DNA from: Camelus ferus
Taxonomy: Eukaryota
Reading direction: 5' to 3'
DNA: 64,000 nt
Assembly (NCBI RefSeq): GCF_009834535.1
Contig: NC_045696.1
Span: 76,386,001 to 76,450,000 of the forward strand
Both the position numbers and the translations under genes were made by a program. The notes below the pieces were generated by a model. It made no database searches. It was not told the DNA's origin and saw nothing but the letters and a program-made list of their open reading frames with translations. Below are positions 24,985-38,730 of the stretch, in pieces (position 1 is the stretch's first letter; every line of letters begins with the position of its first letter).

Positions 24985-25120
24985 ACTATGCAGCCGTCTG
25001 GTTCCAAATCATGATCTGTGCGAGTGTAGACCAAGTGCTTAACCTCTCTGTACCCTTCATCTGTGAAAAAGGGGTAGCAGTAATCCCCGCAGTCACTGTT
25101 GTGAGGATTAAATGAAAGCC
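24985..25120 (+). mobile_element. MIR SINE
   Basis: cttaacctctctgtacccttcatctgtgaaaaagggg...gttgtgaggattaaatga. Confidence 0.7.
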
Positions 25121-26984
25121 GGATTTTGTAAGGGATGGCTGTCTTCAGTAGTCCAGTCCTTTGCCCTCATTAGTAGTGTCACCTGACAGGCCAGAGTCTG
25201 GTGGTTTCTGAAAGCATGGTCCGCAGAAGTGCAGGCCCCACTGTTCCCCCTACCCTCCTGGCTCTGTGGAGGCCGCTGCCTCTCTGGACACATGCCCATC
25301 CACCCCCACCCGCCCCCACGGGGCTCCGGAGAACCACTTTACTGACGGGTGGGGGTGGGGATTGTGCCTGTGAACTAAGTGGGGACCGGGGCGGGCTTGG
25401 AGTGGAAGGGTGGTCCAGAAGTGAAGAGCTGACACATTTCAGTCCAGTCAGATGCCTTCTTGTAGAATTCTAAAACTGGAAGTGAAAGAGTCAATTTCTC
25501 CACAGCGCTAAAGCTGCAAGATGTTATACAGTTGGGAACCTCCTCTAGGACCACGTTTCCCATCCCTGTGGAGGAAAGGCCAATCTGAAGACAGATGTGG
25601 AGGTTCAGACGTAGAGACAGGCTGGGAGAGCAGAAATGAGAGGCCAAGAGGTCTGCTGCTGTCAATGCTACTTCCTGTGTCCCTGATACAGACCCGCCTG
25701 CCCCAAATTCCTTGTGACAACCAGAATTTTTACAACAAATTCCTCTTATTATTTAATTTAGTTTGCATGTTTATTATTTGCAACCAAATAAGTCCTAATA
25801 ATACACCAGTATAGCATTTATCCGTGTACCTTATACAGTATCTTAGTTGAGTTCGAGACTAGCTCCCTACCTGTACCATAAGCCCCCGGAGGGCAGAACT
25901 GTCTCTCACCCCAACAGTGTGTGTCGGTGCCCTATGGCTAGGTGCTCCGTAAATGCTCTTCAGATTGAATTGAGCAAGGTGAGTGGACAGGAAGTGCCTT
26001 AGTGGCTCCTGGAAGGGGAGCCTTCAACTGGTTCATTTAAAGAGGAAGCATGACCTATTGCTGCAGTCTGGATGCCCTTTTATTCTGCCCTGGTGGTATT
26101 CAGGGTTTATTCAAGTGAAAAAAAGAGGAAAGAGAAGAAACTTTATCCCCTCTAAATTGCATTTAATAAAAATCTTGGAGAAAATGAGTGAACTGTCAAG
26201 CTTAATAATTCCCCCTGGGTTTTTGTTGGAGAGAGGCTGAAGAAATGTACAGTATTCAACATTTATGGAACAGCAGATCCACATTTTATCTGAGAATAAA
26301 ACGCTGTAGTGACTTAACACCCCCCCCCACCTCCCCACATTTGTTTCCAAAAGGTTTTTTTTTCCCAGCCCATGAGTCACTTCCAGGCAGATCCAAAGAC
26401 AAAAGCCAGCTAATTGGGTGTCAGTGAGTCAGGTCCCCACCCTGCCTTATCATGAACACCCTTTCTAGCTCTGAGAAGACAGGACACTTTTCAGCCTATA
26501 AGGCACTGAGTGGAACCTGTTACACAGCAGGGAGTAGTGCGGGGCCCTCCCAGCTCCCTCTGGCATCTGGCAGCTGATCTCTTAGCGATAGCACCTTGGG
26601 GTGTTTCCTTCCCAGGGTTATTTTCAATCTGGAACTCTCCATGCAACCTACTCTGTTTTCAAGACACTCTGCTGAGCCCGGGGATACAAAGGTGAATTTA
26701 TATTTATAAAAGGAGGCCTCAAATCTATAACAATCTGTCAAATAATGAAGGAGAAAGGCCAGAAAGAATCACTGTCAGACAAACTGAGGGCTGCGAAGGA
26801 GTCAGTGCTACAAGTAATGATTCCTCAGTCCCCACCCCATCTCCCAGCAGCACTTTCCCCGCCTAACTGTTTCCAACTTCTTGAAACACTTTCCAGCCTT
26901 CCTGGATGCCACTCTCTTGTTTTCCAACCAGCTCTCCCCACATCCGTATCATCACCCACCCGCTCCCTCTTCTGGGTAACTTTC

Positions 26985-27950
26985 TCTTCTAGATAAGGGT
27001 ACCACATCTACCAGGTGCTCACACCAAAGCCATTCTTTTCTCCATTCACCACATCCAATCCATCAGCTGGTTTACCTCCAAAAGCTAACTCCACCCAGGT
27101 GCTTCTCCGCATCTCTGCTGCCACAGCTCAACAAAGCCCTTCATCTCTCTCACTCACCCCGAGCCCAGGCCTCCTAGGCCCTCCATAACCTGGTCCTTTT
27201 ACCCTTTCACACCACCAGCCCCAACTCACACGACTCCAGCCATACAAGACCTCTTCTTCTACCACCCCACTCCTCCCTACCCTAGGCCTCTCCTCTTGGA
27301 GTTAATGCCCTCTGCCAGGAAGGCTCTTCTGGCCCTTCCTGGGACTGGCTCCTCTGTATCTGTCTTAGTCCATTCTGCTTGCTATAACAAACATACCGTA
27401 GACTGGGTGGCTTACACACCAGAAGTTTATTTCTCACAGTTCTAGGGGCTGGCAAGCCCCAGTTCTAGGGGCCAGCAGGTCCGGTGTCTGGTGAGGGCCC
27501 ACTTCCTGGTTTGCAGATAAAAGTCTTGTTGCTGTGTCCTCACCTGGTGGAGAAAGAGATCGTCTCTCCATGTCTCTTCTGATAAGGGCACTAATACCGT
27601 TCCTAAAGCCTCCATGCTCCTGACCTAATCACCTCCCAAAGGCCCTACCTCCAAATACGATCCTTCAGGTTTCAGGGTAGTGGTCATCTCCCTAGAGAGG
27701 CCTCCATGACCACCAGATCTCACTTTCTCTCACATCATCCAGTGCGTGGTCTGCACAACACTTACCATAATCAGTGATGATCAATTACTTTACAGTTTTG
27801 TTTGCTTGTGTTTTCTCTCTCTCCCCATTGGAATATAGTCTCTAGGGAGGCAGAGTCCTTATTAGGCATATTCATTATTCGTTGATGAGTTCATCGACCA
27901 GTGCATATTTCATAACAGGCACACAGTAAGTCCGCTTTGGTGAATGAGTG
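26985..27950 (+). mobile_element. L2 fragment split by MLT1A
   Basis: cacatccaatccatcagc..., resumes at ~27660 (catctccctagagaggcctccatgaccacc) and ends acagtaagt..gtgaatgagtgaa. Confidence 0.6.
27361..27660 (-). mobile_element. MLT1A-like MaLR solo LTR
   Basis: tgtcttagtccattctgcttgctataacaaacatacc...tttatttctcacagttctagggg...taatcacctcccaaaggccc. Confidence 0.85.
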
Positions 27951-28109
27951 AAGGCAGTGGACAAAGCTCAGTAGAGACATAGTCAAATTAGCTCTTCAAG
28001 GAAAAGTGGAAATTCTTCAGGTAGACTCCAGAGGAAGGGTGTCTCAGAAAGGCAGGAAGGCATGTGATTCCCCAGTGTGTTCGTAGAACTCTCTCTCCAG
28101 CTATTCCTT

Positions 28110-29280
28110 ATTACTGTGCTCCCTGTATTGCTAAACAATGCTCCAGGGTCAAGCTGACTCACTGTCTTCAATTCCTCTTCTCCCATTCTCTCCTACTTAT
28201 CACCAGACTTCTGCCCCAAACCACTTCACCACAACGGCTCTTCTAAAGGCTACCAATGATCTCCCTATTGCCGAAGTCAGCTGTCAGTTTTCAGGCTCAT
28301 CTTTCAGAACTTACCAGCAGCATCTGACATAAGTGATCACTGGTTCTTTCTAGAAATACTTTCTTCACTTGGCATCTGAGACACTACCCTCTACTGTTTT
28401 TTCTCCTCGCTTACTGACTGCACCATCCCAATCTTCTTGCTGATTCCTCCACTCTACCCATCTTCTGTCCCCTGAATGTTGAAGCACTCCAAATCCAAAT
28501 CCTGTAGGTTCCACTTTTAAATTCGATCCCTAATCTGATTCCCTCTTACCACAACCACTGCTGCTACCTTGGTCTAAACCATAATCCTCTCTCACCTGAT
28601 TATTGCAACAGCTTCCCAGCTGGTCTCCCCACTCCTGCGCTTCAATCTGTTCACAGCACAGCAGCCAGAGGGGTCCTTTGAAAATATGTCAGATCATGTC
28701 ACTCTCCTGCACACACCCTCCCATGGCTTTCTGTTTCACTCAGAGTCGAAGTGCAAGTCCTTACAGTGGCATTTAAGACCCTACTCTATCTGGTCCCACC
28801 ACCCCACCCCTCCCAATTTCCTTCTACTCTCTTGCTTTCTCACTGCATTCCAGAACACCAGCCTCTCCACTGTTTCTCCAACACAGTAGCCATTCTCTAT
28901 GTTAGGACTTTGAGAGAGCCACTGCCTCTGCCTGGAAGGCTAGTTTCCAAGATATTTGCATGGCTTGCTCCTGTATCAGTCAGTTATTGTTACAATCATG
29001 CTCATAACTGAAACACCCCCTTACTCTCTCAGGGAGGCTTACCCCATCAATCCATATAAAATGCAGCCACCATTCCCGTTCCCAGCACAACTAAAGCTCC
29101 TTGTCTTGCTCTAGTTTTCCCATAGTTTTCATCACTTTCTAACTTGCTACATAATGTTTATCATCTGTCTCCCCCTATAATGTAGGCTCTGTTTTATTTA
29201 CTGATCTATCCCCAGCACTGAGAACAGTACCTGACACTCATTAGTAGGCACACATTAAATATTTGATGAATAAATACGGA
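28110..29280 (+). mobile_element. L2 (L2a-like) 3' ~1.2 kb
   Basis: aaggctaccaatgatctccctattgcc; cagcagccagaggggtcctttgaaaatatgtcagatcatgtcactc; ends cagtacctgacac..tagtaggcacacattaaatatttgatgaataaat. Confidence 0.85.
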
Positions 29281-30684
29281 ATTTAAGAATGAAAGTTTAT
29301 AGACTGGAGCCTAGAATTGTGCTGTAGAAGACTGGGAGATAATCACAGCAGTGATAGAACTGAAGAAATAAGTAGAAGCCACATTTTTCAAAGGCCTCAG
29401 ATGCTATGCAAAGTTGTCTGGATTTTATCTTACACGCAATGGAGTAGCAATGAACCTTTTAAGCTCTCATGACAGTGAATGTACTTACAGTGGCTCTGGA
29501 CACATCGTGAAGTACAGTATGGTAGAGCACGGTGGCCCAGAGCCCAGGTGGCAGGCTGTGGGCAGTTGGACTGATGAGCAAGAAGCCTTGTCTGAACCTC
29601 TGAATTCAAGCTGTGTGAGCAGTTGCTAACTTTGCTCATTGGCCTGGCTGACAAGGGCTCCCCACGTGTGCCAGAAAGAATACATGGAACTCAAATGCTG
29701 GGAAGGAGGCGCTCTTAGCCAGACTTCTTTCACCTGAGCCTCAAACTACAGTACCACTTGGAGTATGTATTGTAAGAATAATAATCACTTACCCTTACAT
29801 AGCACCATAGAGCCTACAAAGGATTCTTCCAACTATTTCATCTAAAGACTCAAAGACCCAAAGTACTCTAGCCAGTATGTTTAAGTATCTAGCCACTTCA
29901 CTGGTTAAGAGAGGCAATAACACTTATGTCCTGAAATTCACTAGGGAACTTTTCTGGTGAATTGCTAAGAGCATAGTTAAAACACAATCTGGGGCACTCC
30001 TTTTCTCCTTCTAATGAATACCATATTGGACCTGAAATGTTCAAAGATTGCAGGTTAGTGCTGTTGTTCAACCTGATCCCATAGGTTCTTTAGAAACCAT
30101 CAAATGACTCTCCTCTCTGCAGTTTAATCCCTTGAGTATGTGCACAGAGATACACATGAAGGCACTACAGGTAAAGTAGGTACTTTCCCCAGTTACTTCT
30201 GCACAGAGTAAGAGATCACACTTAGCTTCCCCCAACCACCGAGAAAAGCATTCAGGCTTGTAAGCATATTTATAGGGCTACCAGGAGTTCCCCATGAGTC
30301 CCCCAAACTCTTTGCACACCCCTGAAAGGGTTTGTAAAAACCGTAAGTAGTCTTTGTACACCCCACGTGCCTTTCTCCCTTGGCTGAAACCCAATTTGGC
30401 CAAGACTATATTTGAATGTTATGGCCCAGGCAAGGAGTTTCATATAGATACACACACTTTCACAGCTGGAAGCAGCTTTAGAAATTATCTAGAGTCTAAC
30501 TTCTTCATTTTCCAGATGAGAAAACTAAGGGTTAACAAGCAAAAGGAAGGAAGAAAAGGAAAGAAGAGTAGTGCTTCCTAAGCATATGCCATGATCCAAA
30601 CCTACGGTAGGCAGGGTTCCTCACATGACTTCCTTTATTCTTCCCTATGGCAAAAAAAAAAAAAAAAAAACTTTGAGGTAGACG

Positions 30685-31092
30685 TATAAGTCAGAGTTCT
30701 CCAAAGGAACAGAACCAATAGGATATGTGGATATGAAGAGAGAGATTTCATTCAGCGAACTGGCTCATGCAATTGTAAAGGCTGGCAAGTCCAAAATCTA
30801 CAGGGTGGGCTGTAAGCCTGGAGACAGGGCTTGCTGTTCAAGTCCAAAGGTCATTTGCTAGCAGAATTCTTCTCGCTTAGGGGAAGTCTATCTTTTTTCC
30901 CACTCAGGGCTTCAACTGATAGGATGAGGCCTACCTCCATTCATAGGGGGTGCAGTCTGCTTTACTCAGAGTCCACCAATTTAAATGTCAATTCATCTAA
31001 ATACACCCTCATAGAAATAGCCAGAATAATATTTGATCAAATACCTGGGCACCATGACCCAGCCAAGTTAACACATAAAATTAACCAGCACA
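30685..31092 (-). mobile_element. MLT2 (ERV-L) solo LTR
   Basis: agtcagagttctccaaaggaacagaaccaatagga...ccagccaagttaacacataaaattaaccagcaca. Confidence 0.85.
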
Positions 31093-31264
31093 GTCGATAA
31101 TATCATAATTTTACAAAGGTAATATGAAAAAAGCTCCCCCAGAACTTTGGTCAAGGTTGATAAGCTGATAAGCTGACTTGGGACTAGTAAGTCCTAGAGT
31201 ATCTTCTTTCTACTAAATTATACTTCATTCTCCAAATAAATGAAGGAAAACAATTTTTGAGGGC

Positions 31265-31450
31265 CTAATAATCGAATATTTGCCAGGCTCTGTACCAAAT
31301 GATTTATATAAGTGCCCATTTAATAGATCACTGTCATACAGACCAGGAAACAGAATCTTAGTAAGGTTAAATAACAAGCCCAGAGCAGCAAACACGTTCC
31401 AGTAAAGCAAGGGTTGAATCTAGGTCTATATGGTACCAATACTTCCCACC
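31265..31450 (-). mobile_element. MIR fragment
   Basis: caggaaacagaatcttagtaaggttaaataacaagcccagag, antisense MIR core. Confidence 0.55.
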
Positions 31451-32939
31451 ATCTGGCATTTTTAATGATGTTTTCCCTGCTACTCATCTTTCTCTCAACT
31501 TGGTAGCATGTAATTTCTCCCCAAAATTTTAGGAAATTGCCCAGAGTCTTCATCCACTAAGACCATATTCTCAGTTCAAAGTGAGTTTTCAAATATCAGA
31601 TATGAATATAAGGCGAGAAGTCTGATTTTAAAGAAATATATGAACTCTGGCATATCAAAATGAGTGTTGTACCAATCAAAAAAGCTAAACCAGGCAATAA
31701 TTCACTCATCCCATGACTCAAAGGTCTTCTGTTGCTCTTCTTTTGAAACTGCCTCCAGGGCCTGTTATCACTTGCTTTTCCGATGTAATTTTAATGTTAG
31801 AACTAACATTGTTTTGTTTGATTTGGGGGAAACAGCCCAAATCATCTGGTGTCAAATCTGTTGAATGAGGTACATGATCAAGCTAATATAATTCCGATTA
31901 AGAGTTAAAAAATGAGGTCTGACTATAAAAGGATGAGTGAGTTTCCTTATATCGCTAGAAAAGTGGCTTCAAAGGCAAACCGGTGTCATTTTTTGAGCAA
32001 TGACAGCAAAGTTGGAATAAACATTTGCATTGGAGAAAGTAGTCTCCCAAGTGACTACACAGGACAATCGTCTGGTTTGTCCTCTTGCTTCATGGTCACT
32101 CCATGTTAGGTTTTGCTTTGTTTTGTTTGTAAATAATTAATATTTTTAGGAATATTTTGGAATGAGATAATCTTACACACTCAGTGGTTGGTTTTTGCTA
32201 GGTGAAGATCTAGATAATGATGTCAGAAGCTAGACTATCTGAGCAGTCGTAGTTCAGAGAAAATGATTACGAATTTTCCAGTACTTTTTTGAATCCTGAT
32301 ATGCAAGGAGCTAATTAGATCAAGTGTTTTTCTTGGAAATATTCTCCCCTTTTTCAATAAGCACAAATGAAACATATGAGAGAAAAGATGTCTCCCCCCA
32401 AAGCAACTTAGAGAACTGTAGGACTTTGACAGTTGGGGAAGAAATGTCTTCCTGCTGCACAGCCGTCATTGTAAATGTACCTTACTGATATCCCACATAA
32501 TCCATGCGTGGAGGTCCCCTTAGACTCCACACATAATTAACACTTCGCAGAAATTAGAAGAGTGAGCCTGAGGCTCTCTTCAATTTCACTTAAGAAATTC
32601 AGATTTCCATGAGGGTGGCTGGAGGAGGGGGAACTTAGGCCCAACTTCTCCCTCGTATTTCCAGTCGCTGAATTTTACATGAATTTATAAAGATGTCCTC
32701 AGTCAGTGAAAAGGTGCTTATTGAGTGTCTGTTGCGTGTAGGGCACTGTGTGAGAGTTGAACTGCATCCTGCTATGAAGCAAAATTCCAACCCCCATTTA
32801 TTTGACTGAGGTCATTACCAGTCCTAAATAAGATCTAGGTGGTAAGAGGGGAAGAAATGACTGAAGAGTCAGAAAGGATAGAGTAGAAAAGGCTTAATGG
32901 AGAGGTGAGAAAGGAGCTGTATTGAAGAATGTGGGCTGC

Positions 32940-33030
32940 AGGGAGGGAACAACTCAGTGGTAGAGCAAGCGCTTAGCATGCACGAGGCCCTGGGTTCAAT
33001 CCCCAGTGCCTCCATTAAAAAGAAAAAGAA
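32940..33030 (+). mobile_element. tRNA-Ala-derived SINE (Vic-1 type)
   Basis: ctcagtggtagagcaagcgcttagcatgcacgaggccctgggttcaatccccagtgcctcca followed by an A-rich tail; possible TSD aagaatg(t/c)(g/a)g. Confidence 0.9.
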
Positions 33031-34579
33031 TGCAGTTAGGATGCAGACAGCTGGAACAGGGGAGGGTGTCTCCATCCAGCCATCCAGCCGTAGAGATGGA
33101 CAGCATGTGCTCAGGAGAGCATGTGGAGACTACTCGGGGAAGACTTCCAAGACAGGCTTTGGGCAGAACCCTGGGAAGCTGCAGAAAGCCTTTGGTCATC
33201 GGCTACCACGTTTCAGGCACCACTGTAGGCACTGGTTGACTATGGGAATCTGAGGAAAGTCTTTTGATTGTTCAGTTTTCTCCCTGAAGTTAAAGACAAG
33301 GTCATCAACTGAAAATATGGATTGGGAGTAAGTGTTGGGGCTATTTAATTTGATTTTAAATAGGTATTATTTGTAAATGGTATTAAATACAAACAGCGTG
33401 AAAGGACAGAGAGAAAAGTCTCTCTTCTACCTCTGTCTACCAGCGATCCTGTTCCCCTCATGGGGACAGCCAGGCTCCCTGGTCAGGATGGCATCTGAGC
33501 AGAGGACTTGCCTAAAGGAAGCATTTAGTTAATGAAGAAGAATCAGAAGAATAGTTGGGGTACCTAATTTTTTGACCCTGGTTTGTCAGATGACTTTTTA
33601 CCCAGAGCAGCAAATAAGAGGGTTTAAACCTGCTCCTGTCTTGATCTTCACAGGATTTTACTTTTCCACAGATGGCTGACATATCTTTATTCTGCTTCTT
33701 TATCATATTAAAAATATTTAGCACAGCCACTTCACCCAACACCTATTACTACCCTGATGGTTACCCTGGGTCAGTCCAGGCCATTTCTGGGCATATCCCC
33801 TTCTGGGTTGTGTACAGGGACACCCAGGGTCCTAGAAGCATGTGGGTACCTATTCGTCTCCTCAGGCTGAGCCCCAGATCCCTCTCACCACGGAGGGTCC
33901 GGAGAGGAAGGAAGACTTCTCAGGGAGTTTGTTAGGAAGGCTCAAGCACAAATTTCCCCCTGTGGTCCCCAGAACATTCTGTGAAACTAGAAAAAGTCAG
34001 AACCCCCAAACATACACACATATCTTACACTTTCATCTTGTCCTTATTAAAGAAGCTTTTGGGGCACCCCTAAAAACACATAGGAAAAAGCTGTCAGTTG
34101 AAATATATACCATATATCTCTGTCTGCAAATAAAAAGTTTTAAAAAAAAGAAAAGAAAATCTATATACCTTTATGCTGTCTGATGGCCAGCAGAACAGAT
34201 GTTCCATCAATAAAAAAGACCCCTCTGGGTAGTTTTAAAAGGAAAGGATTAAGAAGACTATTGAAAATGCTGGAGGTAAGGCTCTAGGCCAGATGTTCTT
34301 GAACTTTGGTGCCTAAAACTTATAGCTAGAAATATATTTTACATTGTGACTCAGAATACACATACGTAAATGCATGCACACACATAGGAAACTGAAATAC
34401 TAGTTACATAAAACAAATAAACTTTGACTAGGGAGAATGTACTCGGATATTTTTTTTCTATTCCATTTTCTTTTATTCTATTTTCTTTTCTTTCTTTCTT
34501 CCTTCTTTCTCCTTCCCTTTTAAAATGCTAGCCTTTTTTAATGCTAAAATCTATAATGCTATAGATTTTATTACCTATG

Positions 34580-34900
34580 GTGTGGAAAACACTGCTCTAG
34601 GCTGATGTCTCCAGCACAACTCCCAGACCCTAGAACCAACTGCCTCTGCCACACGGGAGGAAGTCTGTTTCCATTGGTGCAGAAGCTGCTGAACCAGGAG
34701 ATGTCCTGCCAGATCAGGAGGCTAGAGCTCAGCCACTGGCTCCAGAACCAGGTCACCTCCACCACAAACCTGCATCTCTCACCTCTAAAGTCAAGTCTGA
34801 GTTTATCTGATTGGTGGAACCCTAGCTGCAAGGGACTCTGAGAAATGTAGTTGTTAGCTTTCTAGCCTCAACAGGCAGCAAGGGATGAGAATGAGAATGG
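34580..34900 (-). mobile_element. Old MLT1-family LTR fragment
   Basis: tctgattggtggaaccctagctgcaagggactctgagaaatgtagt resembles old MLT1 subfamilies. Confidence 0.55.
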
Positions 34901-35289
34901 GTGACTGAAATTGAGCCTATCCTTGTGCCAGTGGTATTGAGGGTGCTCATTCCAAACTTCAGACATTGCTAGACCTCCAGGCCACCTTGTTGCCTGGTCT
35001 TTATAATGAAAACTCTTGAGCCTAGGGTATTTCTAGGGTCTCTGTACTTTTGGAAATCCAAGAACTCTGTGACTAAGATTTTACCTGGGATGCACTGAGC
35101 ACACTGAGGTAAAATTTCTTAGAGAATTTTAACCAGTTTGACAGTGTAGATATGGTCACTAATGAAACTGCAGGCTTATCTGTAATCACTTGGGTGCATG
35201 CGTGTGTGTGACAAAAATGTTTAGGACTGAATTTTAGGTTTAACTCAAAACTTGTAGAAGCACATAAACCTGGCTTTTCAAAGAGCTGC

Positions 35290-35780
35290 ATTCTACACTC
35301 ACAAATCATATGGGACGTATTTATCAACCACCATTCTGTGTCAAGTATTATTATGGCTGCTGCAATTCATGGGTAATTAACTCGTGATCTCTGCCCTCAA
35401 GGAACTTACAGTCTGATGGAGTGATAAACGCATTAATCACATTAATAATGCTGTGTGACAAAGGTTAGGATGGGCTTATCACAGACTGCCAAGGGAACAC
35501 AGAGGAGGAAGACTTGAAAGAGACTGTGGAATTACAGAGAGATTTTGGAGGCAGTGACCTTTGAAATGAGTTTTGAAGGACGAGCGTCATTATGAGGCAG
35601 AGAAGCAGGAGGAGGACAGGCCAGGGAGAAGAGCCAGCGCAGCAGCCCAGGTGCATAAAACAGGTGATGAGCATGAAGGATTCTGGACCGTTCCACGTGA
35701 CTGAATAAAAGTATGAGGGAACACGATGCTGTACGAATCTAGAGAAATAGGCAGGTAGATCCCAGACATGCCCACTCTGC
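35290..35780 (-). mobile_element. L2 fragment
   Basis: tctctgccctcaaggaacttacagtctgatgga; gacctttgaaatgagttttgaagga. Confidence 0.65.
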
Positions 35781-38677
35781 AAAATAACTAGCCAAAAATA
35801 ATAATAATGATTTATTTGAACACTGTAACTCTATTGCCTTTCTTTGCCATTGTTTCATGAGATTTCTAGGGAAGAACACATGGATTTAGTGTTTCTTCCT
35901 CATTTATCAAACGTCCTGGACTCAGCATTGTTAATTATATGCAGGGGGTAGGATAAAGCACAGTTGTCTATTACGATGTAAACACCACCCTGAATGAACA
36001 TCTGGAAATGGGTCATTTATAACAGCACTATTAGAGGTAAGCAAATGTTTTTTTAGGATATTCCAGGGAATGCATATTTACATAAGTTTATTACAAAATA
36101 CTCTTAAAAGCACAAATAAATGACCCCTTTGTAATTCTGTCCTGGTTATCAGTAAGATTTCCTCATATAAATTCACAGCTGTCACAAAGAAATGCTCTGA
36201 GGCTGACCTCTTTTATATTAGCATTATAATTTTAGACTGACTCCTGAGCTCCAAATGACTTGGAAACTTTTTGCCAGCTCTGGAATAGATAGCGAGCAGG
36301 GTAATACTCATTTAATTCCTTTGCACAGTAATCTGATGGCTGAATATGCTTCAGAGATTCTTTTAGGACTAGCTGGAGAATGAAATCAATCAGAGTGCAT
36401 AAATTACAAGAAAAGTGCTGTTGGTGTCAATTACCTAAGCTCTGTGAATGTAAGTCTTCTAATTTCCTGTTAAATCAGTAATGTTACCAATCTCAGTCTA
36501 TTATTTTAAAAAGGACTGTAACTGCAGTTGCTAGGAGTTGAATGAGGGCAGACAAATGTGAATAGTCAATGACTCTCCCCAACTAACAGCAAGTGGAAGG
36601 TGTCAATAATAGCGATATTCTAACAGGCTCTCAAAGCTCCACCCTGATGTCTGCAAAAGAAGCTTTGATTGTTTCCTTTCTTATTTGTGCCCCTGTACTC
36701 TCCCTAAATCCCTTCTGTACACAGCAAATGCCAGGTGAATGTGGGTATTTCTGTTGCCAGTGTGAGTCCCTATCTTCCCCCAAAGATAATGACCCTGAGT
36801 TGGAACAGGAAGTTTTGGCTGCACTTTGCCTGGTAATCTACCCATCCCCACTGCTCAAGGCTACATTTCACTGACTCATAATTTCCAAGTATGATCAGCA
36901 TGCTAACAGGAAAGATACGGTCACTGGGCAAAGCAGCAGCCCTAGAGAGCTGGCCAAGGCCTATCCAATGACCTCTGCCACCATTGATGGCTAAACAGAA
37001 AGGACAACAGCAGTGACAGCAGCAGTACCAACACCTAGAGGACAGGCACATTCAGACCCCTGCACACAAGCACTTCCCACTGTCCATGGGCCTGAATGCA
37101 GGAGTGCAGCTTTAGTTAGCACTGGGCCATCAGCTCACTTCCTGTTCTCCAAAATAATACAATTAACAATGGCATATCACACTGAGCACCACTACAGGAA
37201 TCAAACAGGCTGGGAGCCAAGTTACAGCTGAGGTTTGTGTAGACATCGGTTTAAGTCGGGGGTATCACGTACTGTAGGGTCAGGCTGGATCTCGCCTGCA
37301 CAACAGTGTTCCTCCTGTTATGAAACACTTTCTCAGATGGCACGTAGGTTCAGCCAGTTCTCAAACAGGAAACACAACTCCGCTCTTCCACTTTCCTTGG
37401 TAAAGCCTCATCTTCGAGTCAAAGAACTTCAACTTTCTAAATCACCCCATTCTTCTTCAGTTTGCATTTTTCTGTTTGTCAGCATCCTGCAAATGTAAAA
37501 TACCTCAGGTTCTCTAAATTCACTCCCAAGTGCCTCTTTGTTTCCAATTACACTCACAGATTGCTTGATGAATAAAGGGGAATCCTATGACAAAGAATAA
37601 CTTTTAATGAGTCAACTGTCAACCAGTCAGATGAACTAAATGGATTCTAAATAGATTTAAAGAACTAGTGAGAAAGCTCAGACAAAGTCAAGTCTTAAAG
37701 TTGTGTTTAGTTGCTTGGTCAGTTTGCTGCTTGTCTAATAGGTATTCTCAGAAAAGAAGTTTCATTTAGTGCTACGGGAATTAAACGTAAAAATGAATGA
37801 AGGCGTGAAGAAAGAGAGAGAGATCAAGAGTAAGTGAGCGAGCAAGAGCAAGAGAGAGGGAAGAAGGGAGGAAGGAACAGGAGGAAAGTAGTCCAGCCCA
37901 ACTCCTGTGTAACTTGTCACTCTGGAGTGTTTGGTACAATGAAAGAGGATTAAGAACAAGGACCCTGGCAGGCCTCCCAGCACATATTTCCTAGGTTCAG
38001 AAAAAGCTGCCGCAATCCTATACGTGGCCCTGGTCTGTCTTGAATCATGAATAAAGACAATATTGTAAATTAAGCTGAAATACAACTATGATGCTCAACC
38101 AACTGCATGAGGATTGGAGAGACACTGGGAGAAACAAACTCAATTTCTCTGGGGGACAGAGAAATCAAGGATCCACAGAAAGTCAGAGGACTCATTAACA
38201 GCTGACTCCCCATCACCCCCACCCCACCCCATCCGGAGCCCCTGCAATGCTCCACATGGCTTCCAGTCTAGCCATATCTGGTTTACTTTACAGATTGTAA
38301 GGCACTTAAATGCTGATTAATTATCTATTTTCAACCTCTGTGACTGTAAATGAGATTAGAATGTTTGTGTGATGGGAAATTCAGTGGTGCATCATGTGAT
38401 AGAAGAAACGTACTTAAGATAAAATCCTTTCTGACACAAATAACTCAGCAAGCTGTTGAGGAAGGCCAGGTCTGTACACATCGAGATGTTATTATTAGCC
38501 AAGACTAGCTATGTTTGTATTTCCAGTCAAGGGCAAGGAAAAAAGACACTATCTCAAGAAAGATTTACCTAGTGCAGAAATTGAGTTATGTCCCGTTCTG
38601 ATACAAAAATATCTGTCTTTGTGAAATGATCTTTTCATGCTTTATCATAGAATATTTTAAAACTTTTCCAACATCAA

Positions 38678-38730
38678 TAAATAAACCTAATTACTCCTGC
38701 CCTCAAAAAAAATCAAAAACAAACAAAAAA
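38678..38730 (+). mobile_element. 5'-truncated SINE tail (Vic-1 type)
   Basis: taaataaacctaattactcctgccc plus A-rich tail; TSD aaaacttttccaacatcaa (38659-38677) / aagacttttccaatatcaa (38729-38747). Confidence 0.7.

Noticed and set aside
24003..25115. Long overlapping ORFs (154, 172, 112, 162 aa) in the CpG island
   Set aside because: Pro/Arg/Gly/Ala-rich, present in several frames on both strands, no recognisable domain; expected from GC-rich stop-poor sequence, and the last runs into a MIR
32941..33014. Apparent tRNA-Ala(AGC) gene
   Set aside because: 5' end and acceptor stem are degenerate, an A-rich tail follows, and related copies occur at 10402 and 38678; it is a tRNA-derived SINE
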